From a virus (taxonomy: Duplodnaviria; Caudoviricetes), in IMG/VR virus record IMGVR_UViG_3300032257_000040, positions 1 to 40,234 of that record: a stretch of 40,234 bases of DNA, one strand, 5' to 3'. Shown piece after piece: positions 1-9,383 of the stretch (position 1 is its first letter; every line of letters begins with the position of its first letter). The position numbers and the translations under genes were made by a program. The notes under the pieces were generated by a model. It made no database searches, was not told where the DNA came from, and was given only the letters and a program-made list of their open reading frames with translations.

Positions 1-336
1 GCCTCAACCGAATTCGATATACCTATATCGAGAATTCGTAACGCAATCAAAAAAGGATGGCTGAAATCCGAGATCGTTAAGGGGCGGCATGAATTTAACA
101 GGCTCGAATTCCTTCAATCGCTAGAGGCTTTTGTTGTTCCGGTTCAAAAAGGCAAGCTAACAATCGATATTTCCGTTTACCGAAATCTAAAGTTTTCAAG
201 CCGGGATGATATCAGGCTTTCAACAGGGGAAGCTGTCAGCGAATACATGGAGCTATACAAAAGAGGGAAATTGACCAGAACCCGCATCACCCCCCCCTGC
301 CCTGACATACAGTCAACCCAACCTATTCTAATATGA
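1..336 (+). CDS. 5'-truncated putative winged-HTH DNA-binding protein
   Basis: Frame 1 is open from base 1 to TGA 334-336 (ASTEFDIPISRIRNAIKKGWLKSEIVKGRHEF...), an HTH_17/MerR-like pattern. The stop overlaps the next ATG (ATGA). Not in the ORF track because it lacks a start. Confidence 0.55.
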   Translation, partial: ASTEFDIPISRIRNAIKKGWLKSEIVKGRHEFNRLEFLQSLEAFVVPVQKGKLTIDISVYRNLKFSSRDDIRLSTGEAVSEYMELYKRGKLTRTRITPPCPDIQSTQPILI

Positions 337-578
337 CAGTCACCGAGCAAGAACAAGAGCAATGGGAGGACATTCTTCTCGAAGTCGAAACAACCAAGGG
401 ACTCTCCATAGAGATCAACCAGGATTCTTTCACGCTCTCGTTCTTCCTCGACGAAAAAAATCAAACCGTAAAAAAGGAATACACGAATTTAGAATTTGCT
501 GCAATCGCGATCAGATCTTTTCAGGATGGTGAGCGAGCGGCGACAAGACCAAAGCATATCAACCGATTTCAATACTAA
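333..578 (+). CDS. hypothetical phage protein
   Basis: 81 aa ORF, tightly coupled to its neighbours. Confidence 0.65.
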   Translation: MTVTEQEQEQWEDILLEVETTKGLSIEINQDSFTLSFFLDEKNQTVKKEYTNLEFAAIAIRSFQDGERAATRPKHINRFQY

Positions 579-580
579 CG

Positions 581-832
581 ATGACAACAACCAACCAAAA
601 CCTAAAATATTACGAGGGCAGACCAGTCCTGAATAAATCGGATATACCGGAAAGGTATCGACCACTGACAAATTTCTACAGGGACTCAGAGCGCGATTGG
701 CTAAACTCTGTAATTAGAGACATGCGCGGGATTGATTACATCCTCGTACAGACTGTTTACGGAATTGAAGTATGGAGATCCGGTATGAAGTCCGTCGATG
801 AACTCAAAAGGGAAAGGTTCGGAAATGAGTGA
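581..832 (+). CDS. hypothetical phage protein
   Basis: 83 aa ORF in tightly packed + strand run. Confidence 0.7.
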   Translation: MTTTNQNLKYYEGRPVLNKSDIPERYRPLTNFYRDSERDWLNSVIRDMRGIDYILVQTVYGIEVWRSGMKSVDELKRERFGNE

Positions 833-1025
833 TATTATCGAATCAAATCTCTGGTTCACTCCCACGGAAGACATCGAGCCTGGGTACTATTGGTGTAGAA
901 CCGGAAATGGATCAGAGTTTCCTGTAAAAGTCGAGAAGGGGTTTATAGCTATGATTGGAACAAGGGGACAGGTTCGCGTAAAGGATTTCGCTCACTGGCA
1001 ATTCAAGAAAATCGAAAAACCATGA
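825..1025 (+). CDS. hypothetical phage protein (PGYYW motif)
   Basis: ORF track 798-1025; the ATG at 825 overlapping the upstream stop is the more likely start. Confidence 0.65.
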   Translation: MSDIIESNLWFTPTEDIEPGYYWCRTGNGSEFPVKVEKGFIAMIGTRGQVRVKDFAHWQFKKIEKP

Positions 1026-1231
1026 ATAACCAACCAGAACTATTCGAAGTCGAAACCGTTCTTTCACCGAGAGCTAAGTGGATCAAGGAACATAGAATTA
1101 AGACTCTTGAGATCGACGGAAGATGGAGAGCGACTACACCGGGAAATGTATCATACGGCGAAACCGAAGAGGACGCCATAGCCGATCTAATGCAAAAAAC
1201 AGGAATTCCACCGATGAAAAGAGAATGGTAA
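1022..1231 (+). CDS. hypothetical phage protein (HicB-like 'YGETEEDAI' motif)
   Basis: 69 aa, ATGA overlap with upstream gene. Confidence 0.6.
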   Translation: MNNQPELFEVETVLSPRAKWIKEHRIKTLEIDGRWRATTPGNVSYGETEEDAIADLMQKTGIPPMKREW

Positions 1232-1234
1232 GAA

Positions 1235-1244
1235 TCCCGTTTAC
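1235..1244 (+). promoter_or_regulatory. partial copy of TCCCGTTTAC motif (candidate late promoter element)
   Basis: Same 10-mer at 5797, 10033 and 26742; lies 15 nt before ATG 1260. Confidence 0.45.
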
Positions 1245-1259
1245 AAGAGATATTGATTC

Positions 1260-1679
1260 ATGACTACCAGCATAAATATGAAAACACATTTAGAAGATGG
1301 TTTTTTGCACGCAAAAAGCGATATGGACAAATGGTTCTTATCAAATTTAGATAAATTCTTAGCAACAGGCAGTCAGTTAATCAAGAAAAGTTGTCGAGAT
1401 TTCGATTTTGTTCTTCCTGTTGATTTAATACCAGATGGATACAGGGAGATTATTTTCGGTGATTCCGGGGAAGAATACACCGACTCATTTTTCAATCTAA
1501 AGGTTGGCGTGTTCGATTTCATTATCTCGAATAATGAAGATTACGCGAAATGGGAGTACGCAACCAAGAAAATGATTGATTACAAAGGAGATATGCCGAT
1601 TAAAGATAAGGAAATTAGGGTTGCGCTTTTCGAGAGGTGGAAAAGCGATTTCGAGTTAATGGCTTCTAGCGCGTTTTAA
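1260..1679 (+). CDS. hypothetical protein
   Basis: 139 aa, AT-rich ORF. Confidence 0.65.
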   Translation: MTTSINMKTHLEDGFLHAKSDMDKWFLSNLDKFLATGSQLIKKSCRDFDFVLPVDLIPDGYREIIFGDSGEEYTDSFFNLKVGVFDFIISNNEDYAKWEYATKKMIDYKGDMPIKDKEIRVALFERWKSDFELMASSAF

Positions 1680-1681
1680 TC

Positions 1682-1891
1682 ATGACTACCGAAGCAAAAG
1701 AGCAAACCCAGGCGGCTCTACTGATCCTCAAGCTGAGAAGCGCGATCACTGATAAAACCTACGCAGTTGAGATGATGAGCGCTGAGCAAAGTTCCGGAAT
1801 GAAAAAGTATTACGGTAAGATCTATGAAGCCGAGTGTGAAAAAGTCGCGCAATTAACAAGCGACCTCGAAAGGAAAATCAATGAAGAATAA
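1682..1891 (+). CDS. hypothetical protein
   Basis: 69 aa, coupled to terS. Confidence 0.65.
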   Translation: MTTEAKEQTQAALLILKLRSAITDKTYAVEMMSAEQSSGMKKYYGKIYEAECEKVAQLTSDLERKINEE

Positions 1892-2363
1892 ACTAAATCC
1901 CAAGCAAGAAAAGTTCGCCCAGCTATTCGCGACGAAAGGTAACGCTACGGAGTGTTATGTTGAGGCGGGTTACGCGAAGAAAGGCGCAAGGCAAGCGGCG
2001 AGTAAGCTATTGACAAATGCTGACGTTTTGGCGCGAGTGGCTGAACTCCGAGAAAAAGTTGCAGATAAAGAGATCATAACCAGAGAGGAATTAGTTCAAT
2101 TTTTGGCTGATGTCGTTAGGACTCCGGTAACTGTTGCGGCTATGAGCGCTTATCCAGATGAGGAAACAGGAACACCAGCTAACCCTCTTATCGAATCGGT
2201 AACACCAAACCAATTTGGATTGGCCTTCAAAATGCCAAGTAAGATGGACGCAGTGAAAACGCTGATTCATATTCATGGATGGAATGAGCCGGAGAAAGTA
2301 GAGCATGGCATTGACTCGGAAATGATCGGTTTTTTCAAGGAATTGACCGGCTCTAATAAATGA
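1881..2363 (+). CDS. terS: terminase small subunit
   Basis: LNPKQEKFAQLF..GNATECYVEAGY...AASKLLTN (Terminase_2 HTH pattern), directly before terL. Confidence 0.92.
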   Translation: MKNKLNPKQEKFAQLFATKGNATECYVEAGYAKKGARQAASKLLTNADVLARVAELREKVADKEIITREELVQFLADVVRTPVTVAAMSAYPDEETGTPANPLIESVTPNQFGLAFKMPSKMDAVKTLIHIHGWNEPEKVEHGIDSEMIGFFKELTGSNK

Positions 2364-3958
2364 GTCTCCCGCCCGACATATCCAGAGTTAAAGAGTTGGT
2401 CAAGGATAAGACTTGGCGACTCAACAACATGTATTTGATTATCGATGAGGACGGTAATCAGATCCCCTTTCGGATGCGGGAAGAGCAGAAGAATTTTCTC
2501 AAGAAACGACGGAAAAGAAACTTTATTCCAAAGGCTCGGAAATTGGGACTCTCCACAATTATCATTCTCGATAATCTCGATGAGGCTTGCTATCGGAAAG
2601 ATACAAGAGTTGGAATTATTGACCTGACACGCGACGACGCGTACGACAAGCTCGACATTGCGCGTAAAGCCTGGGAGCGTGGAATCTATCATCCTGATCC
2701 AGCCATAGCTGCACTCTGGAAATGGCTACACGAATCAAATCCCCTTGTTGCTGATAACTCGGGTAAAATGGAGTGGGCGAACGGTTCGAACATGTCAGCC
2801 GGAACATCATACACCGGGAAGACTCCGCAACGTCTTCATATTTCAGAGTACGGCCCGATCTCGGCAATCAGTCACGCGAAAGCAACGGCGATCAAGCGGG
2901 GTTCGATCAACTCTGTTCCTCCTGGTGGTATCTGCGACATAGAGACAACAATGGAAGGGGGGCAATTCGGCCCGTGTTATCATTTCTTTTCGCTGTCCAT
3001 GAACAACATCGGAAAGACCGGCCTCACGGACTCCGATTGGTACATGCAGTTTTTCTCATGGCTGAATCATCCTTCCTATCTGATACCAAACGGAAAGCCA
3101 GTAAATCAGGACACGATTGATTATTTCAACGGGATCAAATCGGAACACGGTGTTGAAGTTCCCCTTCCCCGGCAAGCATGGTACGAACGAAAGAAGATAG
3201 AGCAGGGCGAGGACATCTATCAGCAGTTTCCAACGGTGGTAGAGGAATGCGACCGGATGATCGTTCCCGGCCAGATCTATCCCGAGCTAAAGACAGTCAG
3301 GAAAAAAGGCAGGGTTTCGGACTTCTCACCGGAAAAGGGTTTGCCGTGGTTCACGTCGTGGGATTTGGGAAGCTCCGACAATACAGCGGCGTGGTTGATA
3401 CAGCCAGCCGGGAAACAACATTGCTTTTATGCTTGGGCGCAAGGTGAGGGAGAAGGGGCGCAAGGTGTAGCTGAATTGATCCGGGAGTGGGAAAGAGAAT
3501 TCGGAATTACGATTCAGCGGCACTTACTCCCACACGATGCCGAGATACATGATAAAGGATCGGGAAAAACTTACACTGAACAAATCATCGAGGCCGGGAT
3601 ACCTTCAAGTACTATCGTTGTAGTTCCTCGAATCCCCGACGTATGGGTTGGCATCGGTGAAGTTCGATCAATGTTAGAAAATGCGTGGTTCCACCAAGAC
3701 TGCGACCAGAAGACAACCACTGACGATGGAGTCGATCTGCCTTCTGGTGTTCAACTACTCGAAGGGTATAGAAAAAAACTTGATCGATCTACGGGAATTG
3801 TTACCAGTAAACCAGTGCATGATGAGTCGAGCCATATTGCCGACGCGATCAGAACCTACGCAGAGGCTTTATCACGGGACTTAGTTCAGGCTAACGTCCC
3901 AACCAATAAGAGAAACCGCGTCACAGTTAGGCGCGGACATAGTAGAAGAAGAAAATAA
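2360..3958 (+). CDS. terL: terminase large subunit
   Basis: KARKLGLST Walker A variant, LHISE Walker B, WDLG and HIADAIR RNase H-like nuclease motifs. Confidence 0.95.
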   Translation: MSLPPDISRVKELVKDKTWRLNNMYLIIDEDGNQIPFRMREEQKNFLKKRRKRNFIPKARKLGLSTIIILDNLDEACYRKDTRVGIIDLTRDDAYDKLDIARKAWERGIYHPDPAIAALWKWLHESNPLVADNSGKMEWANGSNMSAGTSYTGKTPQRLHISEYGPISAISHAKATAIKRGSINSVPPGGICDIETTMEGGQFGPCYHFFSLSMNNIGKTGLTDSDWYMQFFSWLNHPSYLIPNGKPVNQDTIDYFNGIKSEHGVEVPLPRQAWYERKKIEQGEDIYQQFPTVVEECDRMIVPGQIYPELKTVRKKGRVSDFSPEKGLPWFTSWDLGSSDNTAAWLIQPAGKQHCFYAWAQGEGEGAQGVAELIREWEREFGITIQRHLLPHDAEIHDKGSGKTYTEQIIEAGIPSSTIVVVPRIPDVWVGIGEVRSMLENAWFHQDCDQKTTTDDGVDLPSGVQLLEGYRKKLDRSTGIVTSKPVHDESSHIADAIRTYAEALSRDLVQANVPTNKRNRVTVRRGHSRRRK

Positions 3959-3973
3959 CCAAATACCAAGCAA

Positions 3974-4201
3974 ATGAAAGAAGAAGAAATAGAGTTAAGT
4001 TGCCAAGAGTTTGAAAAAGGCATCAAGGAGGGTAAGACCATGCAGATTAAAGAATTAGTTCCGCCAGAAAAGCCAGCCCTACGCGATCAATTCGCGATGG
4101 CGGCGCTTACGGGGATTTTATCCAGAGGGATGATTGAAAAAGGGCTAGAGGGGTCCTGCTATCAAATCGCTGACGCAATGATGGAGGCGCGGAAATCATG
4201 A
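3974..4201 (+). CDS. conserved phage protein (LRDxFAMAAL..YxIADAMM family)
   Basis: Recognisable widespread phage motif LRDQFAMAALTGIL...YQIADAMMEAR. Confidence 0.8.
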   Translation: MKEEEIELSCQEFEKGIKEGKTMQIKELVPPEKPALRDQFAMAALTGILSRGMIEKGLEGSCYQIADAMMEARKS

Positions 4202-4512
4202 AACTATTTGAGAAGGATAGCGAGGATTGCGGAGAAGCAATCAAAGGGAAATTCAGGGAAGCAATCAAAGAAGTTGAAGAGTACATGAAGTCTTTCAGCT
4301 CTTATGACCTGAGCGTATGGCTGAGGAAAGAAGGCGTGGAAATAAGAGAGGCAAACTACAGCGAGTCTGAAATCCTCATGACTTATTCAGAGCTGGCTGA
4401 GGATCTGATTGATATTTGTCCTGAGCGAATCCCTGGAGTGATAGAAGGGCTGAAGGAGTTAGTCTCAAGACTGGAGGAATATGAGAACGCGGCTGAAATC
4501 AAGGATCGATGA
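4198..4512 (+). CDS. hypothetical protein
   Basis: 104 aa acidic ORF, ATGA overlaps on both sides. Confidence 0.7.
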   Translation: MKLFEKDSEDCGEAIKGKFREAIKEVEEYMKSFSSYDLSVWLRKEGVEIREANYSESEILMTYSELAEDLIDICPERIPGVIEGLKELVSRLEEYENAAEIKDR

Positions 4513-5243
4513 AGGACGAAAATCTATTTATCAGCGTGATAGCAGGGGCGCTTATCATCGTCGCGGCATCGTTCGTACCTTCCGCGATATCCCTTTACGA
4601 TTACTGCTTGTCTCTCGGGCATTCTCGAATAGTTGGTATCTGTTTTCCTCTCATTGTTGATCTTGTCGTACTGGTCGGGCATCTCGGGGCAATCTGGCTA
4701 ATCAGCCAGGGCAGAAAACCGACTCGGGCCGTCTTGCTGATCTGGGGAGGCTGTTTAATATCGGTGGCCGGGAATATCCTTCACGCTCCGATTGATCAGG
4801 TTGACGGAATCGCGATCCCATTTTCGGGAATCTCCATGAATCCATCTCAAGTTATCGCGGCTGTTCTCCCTCTCGGGCTGGTCACGGTTTCCAGTTTCCT
4901 ATTTTTCTTGTGGGAAACAAAGATGGAAATAGCGCAAGATTCCGGTCAGGAAATGACGGCAGAAGAGCGGCAAGAAAGAGATAATGAAGCGCATTTAAAC
5001 CAGATGATTTCAGCCGGAATTACGACAGATAAAGCGACAGGAAAGAAGCTGATTCATGCGCCATCGAACAGGGCAACAAGGAAGAAAGCAAAGCGACAAA
5101 GCGAAGCGACAAAGCGACGGAACAAAGTACGTCAAGTTGAGTCAGAAAATCCTGAATTAACGCAACCGGAAAAGGCGAAAAAAGTTGGCTGTTCGGTCAA
5201 GACTTATCAAAGAGACTTGCAATATTTATCCATACAGGGGTGA
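4509..5243 (+). CDS. DUF2637/SpdA-like membrane protein with C-terminal HTH
   Basis: About 4 hydrophobic segments with PLIVD and SVAGNILHA motifs; C-terminal LTQPEKAKKVGCSVKTYQRDL helix-turn-helix. Confidence 0.75.
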   Translation: MKDENLFISVIAGALIIVAASFVPSAISLYDYCLSLGHSRIVGICFPLIVDLVVLVGHLGAIWLISQGRKPTRAVLLIWGGCLISVAGNILHAPIDQVDGIAIPFSGISMNPSQVIAAVLPLGLVTVSSFLFFLWETKMEIAQDSGQEMTAEERQERDNEAHLNQMISAGITTDKATGKKLIHAPSNRATRKKAKRQSEATKRRNKVRQVESENPELTQPEKAKKVGCSVKTYQRDLQYLSIQG

Positions 5244-5624
5244 ACAAAACCACAAATTCTATAAAGCGACAAGCCACTAAAAAATGACACGACAAGAAAG
5301 CGACAAATCAAGGCGACAAATAACGTTGGAAAATCCTCTCTTGCTCCCTTTCCGTCTGGTCTTGAGCGTTTTCACGATGACCGCTCTTGTCGTCGCTTTT
5401 GTCGTAGGTGTTGTCCTAGCTTGTTTGGTTGAAATGTCGCAATTCGTAATAGAAAAATGTCGTAATCAAAAGCGACATTGAAGGCGACAAATGGAAAAAA
5501 GTTTTACGACAATGATTAGGACATTCAAAGCGACAATAAAAACGACAAGATGACACCATTAGGACAAGCCGTCAGAGTCTACGAAACCGAAGATTGTAAC
5601 ACGACATTTTTGCAAGACTTGTCG
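5023..5624. repeat. array of CGACA/TGTCG pentamers (often AAGCGACAA), ~11-13 bp spacing
   Basis: 19 copies counted by eye in ~600 bp, in both orientations. Confidence 0.85.
5284..5481 (+). CDS. possible small membrane protein overlapping the repeat array
   Basis: 65 aa with one hydrophobic stretch; may be a by-product of the repeats. Confidence 0.35.
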   Translation: MTRQESDKSRRQITLENPLLLPFRLVLSVFTMTALVVAFVVGVVLACLVEMSQFVIEKCRNQKRH

Positions 5625-5966
5625 TTCTATCTGGAGTGCGGTTACGTCATTTCCCGGCCTGACCTTTTTCTAATGTTTCGCCCCGTCCATTCATCGGCAC
5701 CGGATCGCGACATTTACGGCCATGTCATCTTCGGTCAATCCGACTGTTGGCACATCGCGCTAATGGCTGGAGATCTGAAAAAGATTCGTGAGTGCTTCCC
5801 GTTTACGCTTTACTTTGTGTCGTTTGAAAAACGAAACCAACTAAAATTGTACCGTTTTTCACAATTGGAATCAATCATAAATCGACATGAAGAAACTCAA
5901 CGACCAACAAAACCCGGAGAATCAAGGGGTGAATTTTCTCACCGGGGAATCGGCGCTACTGGCTAA
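5550..5966 (+). CDS. hypothetical phage protein
   Basis: 138 aa ORF upstream of the head module. Confidence 0.7.
   Translation: MTPLGQAVRVYETEDCNTTFLQDLSFYLECGYVISRPDLFLMFRPVHSSAPDRDIYGHVIFGQSDCWHIALMAGDLKKIRECFPFTLYFVSFEKRNQLKLYRFSQLESIINRHEETQRPTKPGESRGEFSHRGIGATG
5797..5816 (+). promoter_or_regulatory. candidate late promoter motif TCCCGTTTACGCTTTACTTT
   Basis: Near-identical 20-mers at 10033 and 26742; precedes the portal operon. Confidence 0.6.
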
Positions 5967-6300
5967 AGGTGGCGGCAGTGGTTCGGACTCGGCGCAAAAA
6001 CGACTTCGACAACAGCGGCGAAAAATCCAACAGGCTCGCAACGTTTCCCGGCAAGAACGAATCAGCTCGCGTAATCAATTGCAGAGAACAAACAAGCAGT
6101 TGAGAGCATCGGCAAGCCAGAACCGGGGATTGCTTGAAAATCTAATCGGCAACGATATCCCGGAAACGGAATTCATCGACGACACCGAAGAACTTTCTCC
6201 AACCAATCTTTTCGGCCTGGCTCAAACTCGAAAAGCTCGGTTCGGACTCGGCAACTCTGGCAAGGCTCGCCGTGTTACAGGTCGCCGTCAACTCGGATAA
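5887..6300 (+). CDS. hypothetical virion-associated protein
   Basis: Basic low-complexity protein ending in ..QLG immediately before the portal, a typical position in podophages. Confidence 0.65.
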   Translation: MKKLNDQQNPENQGVNFLTGESALLAKGGGSGSDSAQKRLRQQRRKIQQARNVSRQERISSRNQLQRTNKQLRASASQNRGLLENLIGNDIPETEFIDDTEELSPTNLFGLAQTRKARFGLGNSGKARRVTGRRQLG

Positions 6301-6309
6301 TTCTGAATT

Positions 6310-7977
6310 ATGACGATGCCTAAACATTCCCAGGCTGGAAGTAAAAAAGCCGATAGACTTCTAAAGCTGCACGTTCAGGCAGAGTCGTACAAAACTCAGC
6401 TTTCGAGCGAGTGGAACGAAATCGCTTGCTATGTTCGACCGTCGAAATCGATCTTCAACGAAGGAACAAACGCGGTAAAGCTAAACAGCACAGATGACCT
6501 GTTTGATACTTCGGCAATTCAAGCGCTACAAACTTACTCGTCTGGGTGCATGGAGTGGATGACGCCAAGTAACAAAGACTGGTTCGCTCTTTCTCCACCG
6601 GATGAACTTAAGGATAACGACACGGTGAAATCTTGGTACTCGGAATGTACCGACGTTCTCAAGAAGGCATTACTTGATTCCAATTTTTACGAGGTGGCTC
6701 TAAATTGTTATCTAGACGATGGATCTTTTGGGACATCGGGCTTCATGCTCGACGGTGACGAGTTCGGGAACCTGGAGTTCGAGAAATTCAAAGTCAATTC
6801 ATTCTCTATTACCGAAAATGTAAAGGGTGAGGTTGATACGGTATTCCGAGAGCTAAACCTTACAGCTCGACAAGCGGCGCAAAAATTCGGGGAAGAGAAT
6901 CTTCATGGTGACATTCTCGAAAGACTCAGAAATGATGATGATACTAAATTTTGCTTTGTTCATATCATCATGCCACGGTCTGATTCTGATCGAATCATGG
7001 GACGGATGGACGGTGAAAACATGCCTTGGGCCTCGATCTACATCGACAAAAAGCACCGGGATATAGTTTTGGAATCGGGAACGTGGGAAAATCCCGCCAT
7101 TGTCCATCGTCACGACACCCGGACAAATTCGCCGTTCGGCTATTCCCCGGGAATGCAAGCTTTACCAGATATCAGACAGATAAACAACGTCCAGGAATGT
7201 CTGGATACTCTTGTCGAGGTAGCGGTAACTCCACCCGTGTTGGTCCATAACGATCATGAGGGCGAGGTTGATTTAATGGCAGGTGGCGTCACTTACTACA
7301 AGGACGATAAAAACAAACCGCAATTCTGGCAGAGTGGCGGCAACTATCCCATTGGCGAAGATCGGGTACAGTCTCGCCGGGATGCAATCGACGCGGCTTT
7401 TTTCGTGAGACTCTTTCAATCGTTGAGCGGCCGGCGCGAAGGCAAACAGATGACAGCTTATGAAGTTGGGGTAATTCAGGAAGAGCAATTAACGCTTTTC
7501 TCTCCTACCTTCATGAAGAAATCGAAAGAAATCAATATCCCGACTCTGAAACGTGCTTTCGGAATCCTTCTCCGGGCCGGCCGGCTGCCAGAGATCCCAC
7601 AAGGACTTGTTCAAATGGGGCGCGATGGTGTTCCTTTTCTCCCAGATCCAAAAATCGTTTTCACTTCTCGTATGGCGTTGGCAATGGAAGCGCTCCAAAC
7701 CGGGGCATTTACTCGGACCGTGGGAATCCTCGGGCAGATCATCGAACTAAAGCCGGAAGTATTCGACCATTTCGACTTCGATTCTATCTCTCGGGCAATC
7801 GGGAGGAATAACGGAATGCCAGAAGCCTGGCTGAAACCACAGCGAGACGTTGATTTGATGCGACAGCAAAGGGCGCAACAGGAACAGGATATGATTGATC
7901 GCGAGAACGCAACCCAGGAAGCTGGCGCGGCGGCTCAACTCGCAAGTTCTGGATTGATCGGGCAACGTGCAGCATGA
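6310..7977 (+). CDS. portal (head-to-tail connector, T7 gp8/BPP-1-like)
   Basis: 555 aa; DTSA, WF, SFGT, FGYSPG..ALPDIRQIN and MTAYEV motifs. Confidence 0.95.
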   Translation: MTMPKHSQAGSKKADRLLKLHVQAESYKTQLSSEWNEIACYVRPSKSIFNEGTNAVKLNSTDDLFDTSAIQALQTYSSGCMEWMTPSNKDWFALSPPDELKDNDTVKSWYSECTDVLKKALLDSNFYEVALNCYLDDGSFGTSGFMLDGDEFGNLEFEKFKVNSFSITENVKGEVDTVFRELNLTARQAAQKFGEENLHGDILERLRNDDDTKFCFVHIIMPRSDSDRIMGRMDGENMPWASIYIDKKHRDIVLESGTWENPAIVHRHDTRTNSPFGYSPGMQALPDIRQINNVQECLDTLVEVAVTPPVLVHNDHEGEVDLMAGGVTYYKDDKNKPQFWQSGGNYPIGEDRVQSRRDAIDAAFFVRLFQSLSGRREGKQMTAYEVGVIQEEQLTLFSPTFMKKSKEINIPTLKRAFGILLRAGRLPEIPQGLVQMGRDGVPFLPDPKIVFTSRMALAMEALQTGAFTRTVGILGQIIELKPEVFDHFDFDSISRAIGRNNGMPEAWLKPQRDVDLMRQQRAQQEQDMIDRENATQEAGAAAQLASSGLIGQRAA

Positions 7978-8237
7978 GAAACATAGGCGAAAAACTATTC
8001 GGGCCGCGTGATGGCGAGCCTGTCGAGGTTCACGACAAGCGAACCAAAGAACTCTCTAAGCTGATCAAGAATACTTTTGACACGGTGGAAGGACGGAAGC
8101 TCATGAAAGAACTCGTAAAGGCATCTCCACCACTTGAACCGCGTTTCGGTAAAGATCGATCCCCGGAAGAGGCGGCATTTCTCGACGGTGAAAAACATTT
8201 TCTCGGACTCCTGTTGATTCATTCAGGACTTCGATAA
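7974..8237 (+). CDS. Bbp19-like protein
   Basis: FDTVEGRKLMKEL...AAFLDGEK pattern, directly after the portal. Confidence 0.75.
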   Translation: MRNIGEKLFGPRDGEPVEVHDKRTKELSKLIKNTFDTVEGRKLMKELVKASPPLEPRFGKDRSPEEAAFLDGEKHFLGLLLIHSGLR

Positions 8238-8259
8238 AAACCAACAACCAACAACCAAA

Positions 8260-8481
8260 ATGGCAGCAAAAAAAGCAGCAAGCAAAAAAACGGCGAGTGA
8301 AGCGAAAGCGGCACCGAAAAAAGCAGCAAGCAAACCCAACGTTTCGGAACAGTATTTCGAAATGCTGAAAGGCGCGGACCCGCTCAAGGGTGACAAAGAT
8401 CCGGCAATCGTTGAATGGTGCCGGGAAAACATGTCAGCCGATGAATTCGAAGCGAAGTACAAGGATCGTGGAATTTCCTAA
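8260..8481 (+). CDS. small protein with histone-like Ala/Lys N-terminus
   Basis: MAAKKAASKKTASEAKAAPKKAASK; A/C-rich leader. Confidence 0.75.
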   Translation: MAAKKAASKKTASEAKAAPKKAASKPNVSEQYFEMLKGADPLKGDKDPAIVEWCRENMSADEFEAKYKDRGIS

Positions 8482-8503
8482 CCTACCAACCAAGTAAAAA
8501 GTT

Positions 8504-9379
8504 ATGCGAATTATCAAGCATTTTTTGATGAATGAAGAACCGGGAGAAATCCCGGCTGGTGGTGGTGGCGAACCTACACCACCCGAAGCGACCCCTTCAA
8601 TCCTCGGAGATGGTCTATCATTTAACGAAGGTTGGACCGATCAACTAACCGGAGATCATGAACAGTTTCGCGACATGGCCGGGCAGTTTAAAGATATTCC
8701 CGGCCTGTTGAAATCATACCACGATACACGGGCGAAACTCTCGCAACGTGTTCAGGCGCCGGGCGAAGACGCAACACCCGAAGAACGGGCGGCATGGAAG
8801 GCTAATCTCGGGGTTCCTGATTCCGTCGATGGCTACGAGATCCAGATACCGGAAAAACTGCCCGAAGGTGTCGAGCTATCAGATGGCGATTTCGATTCAT
8901 TTAAGAAATTCGCTTTCGATAATGATTTGTCAGTGAATCAGGTCAACAAACTGATCGAGTATCAAATCGGCGTTGAGGGCGACATGATGAGCCAGATCAA
9001 CCAGGAAATGAAAGCTCAACAGGAGGCAACCGAGAAGCAATTACAGCAAGAATGGGGATCTGAGTGGACAAAGAAAAAGGAACTCGCGGAAAGAGCGGCG
9101 GAAACTTTCGGACTTGGCGCAGATCACGAGTTGATGAGTAATCCCGACGTTCTCAGGATGCTTTCCCAGATCGCTCCCGCTATCGGTGAAGACAAACTGG
9201 TTTCAAAAGATGACGTCGCTGGAATCAAATCACCGGGCGACATGGCGTACGACATTTCCAGGAATTCCGATAATCCTTATTATGAGGCTTACCACGATCC
9301 TGGTCACCCTGGATTTCAGGAAGCGCAAAAGCGTTACGATGATCTGATGAGAGAACAGGTTGCCAGAGAACAGCGGTAA
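8504..9379 (+). CDS. capsid scaffolding protein
   Basis: Acidic; LGVPDSVDGY, LQQEWG, IGED and C-terminal Y..PGHPG motifs; located between portal and capsid. Confidence 0.88.
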   Translation: MRIIKHFLMNEEPGEIPAGGGGEPTPPEATPSILGDGLSFNEGWTDQLTGDHEQFRDMAGQFKDIPGLLKSYHDTRAKLSQRVQAPGEDATPEERAAWKANLGVPDSVDGYEIQIPEKLPEGVELSDGDFDSFKKFAFDNDLSVNQVNKLIEYQIGVEGDMMSQINQEMKAQQEATEKQLQQEWGSEWTKKKELAERAAETFGLGADHELMSNPDVLRMLSQIAPAIGEDKLVSKDDVAGIKSPGDMAYDISRNSDNPYYEAYHDPGHPGFQEAQKRYDDLMREQVAREQR

Positions 9380-9383
9380 CACG

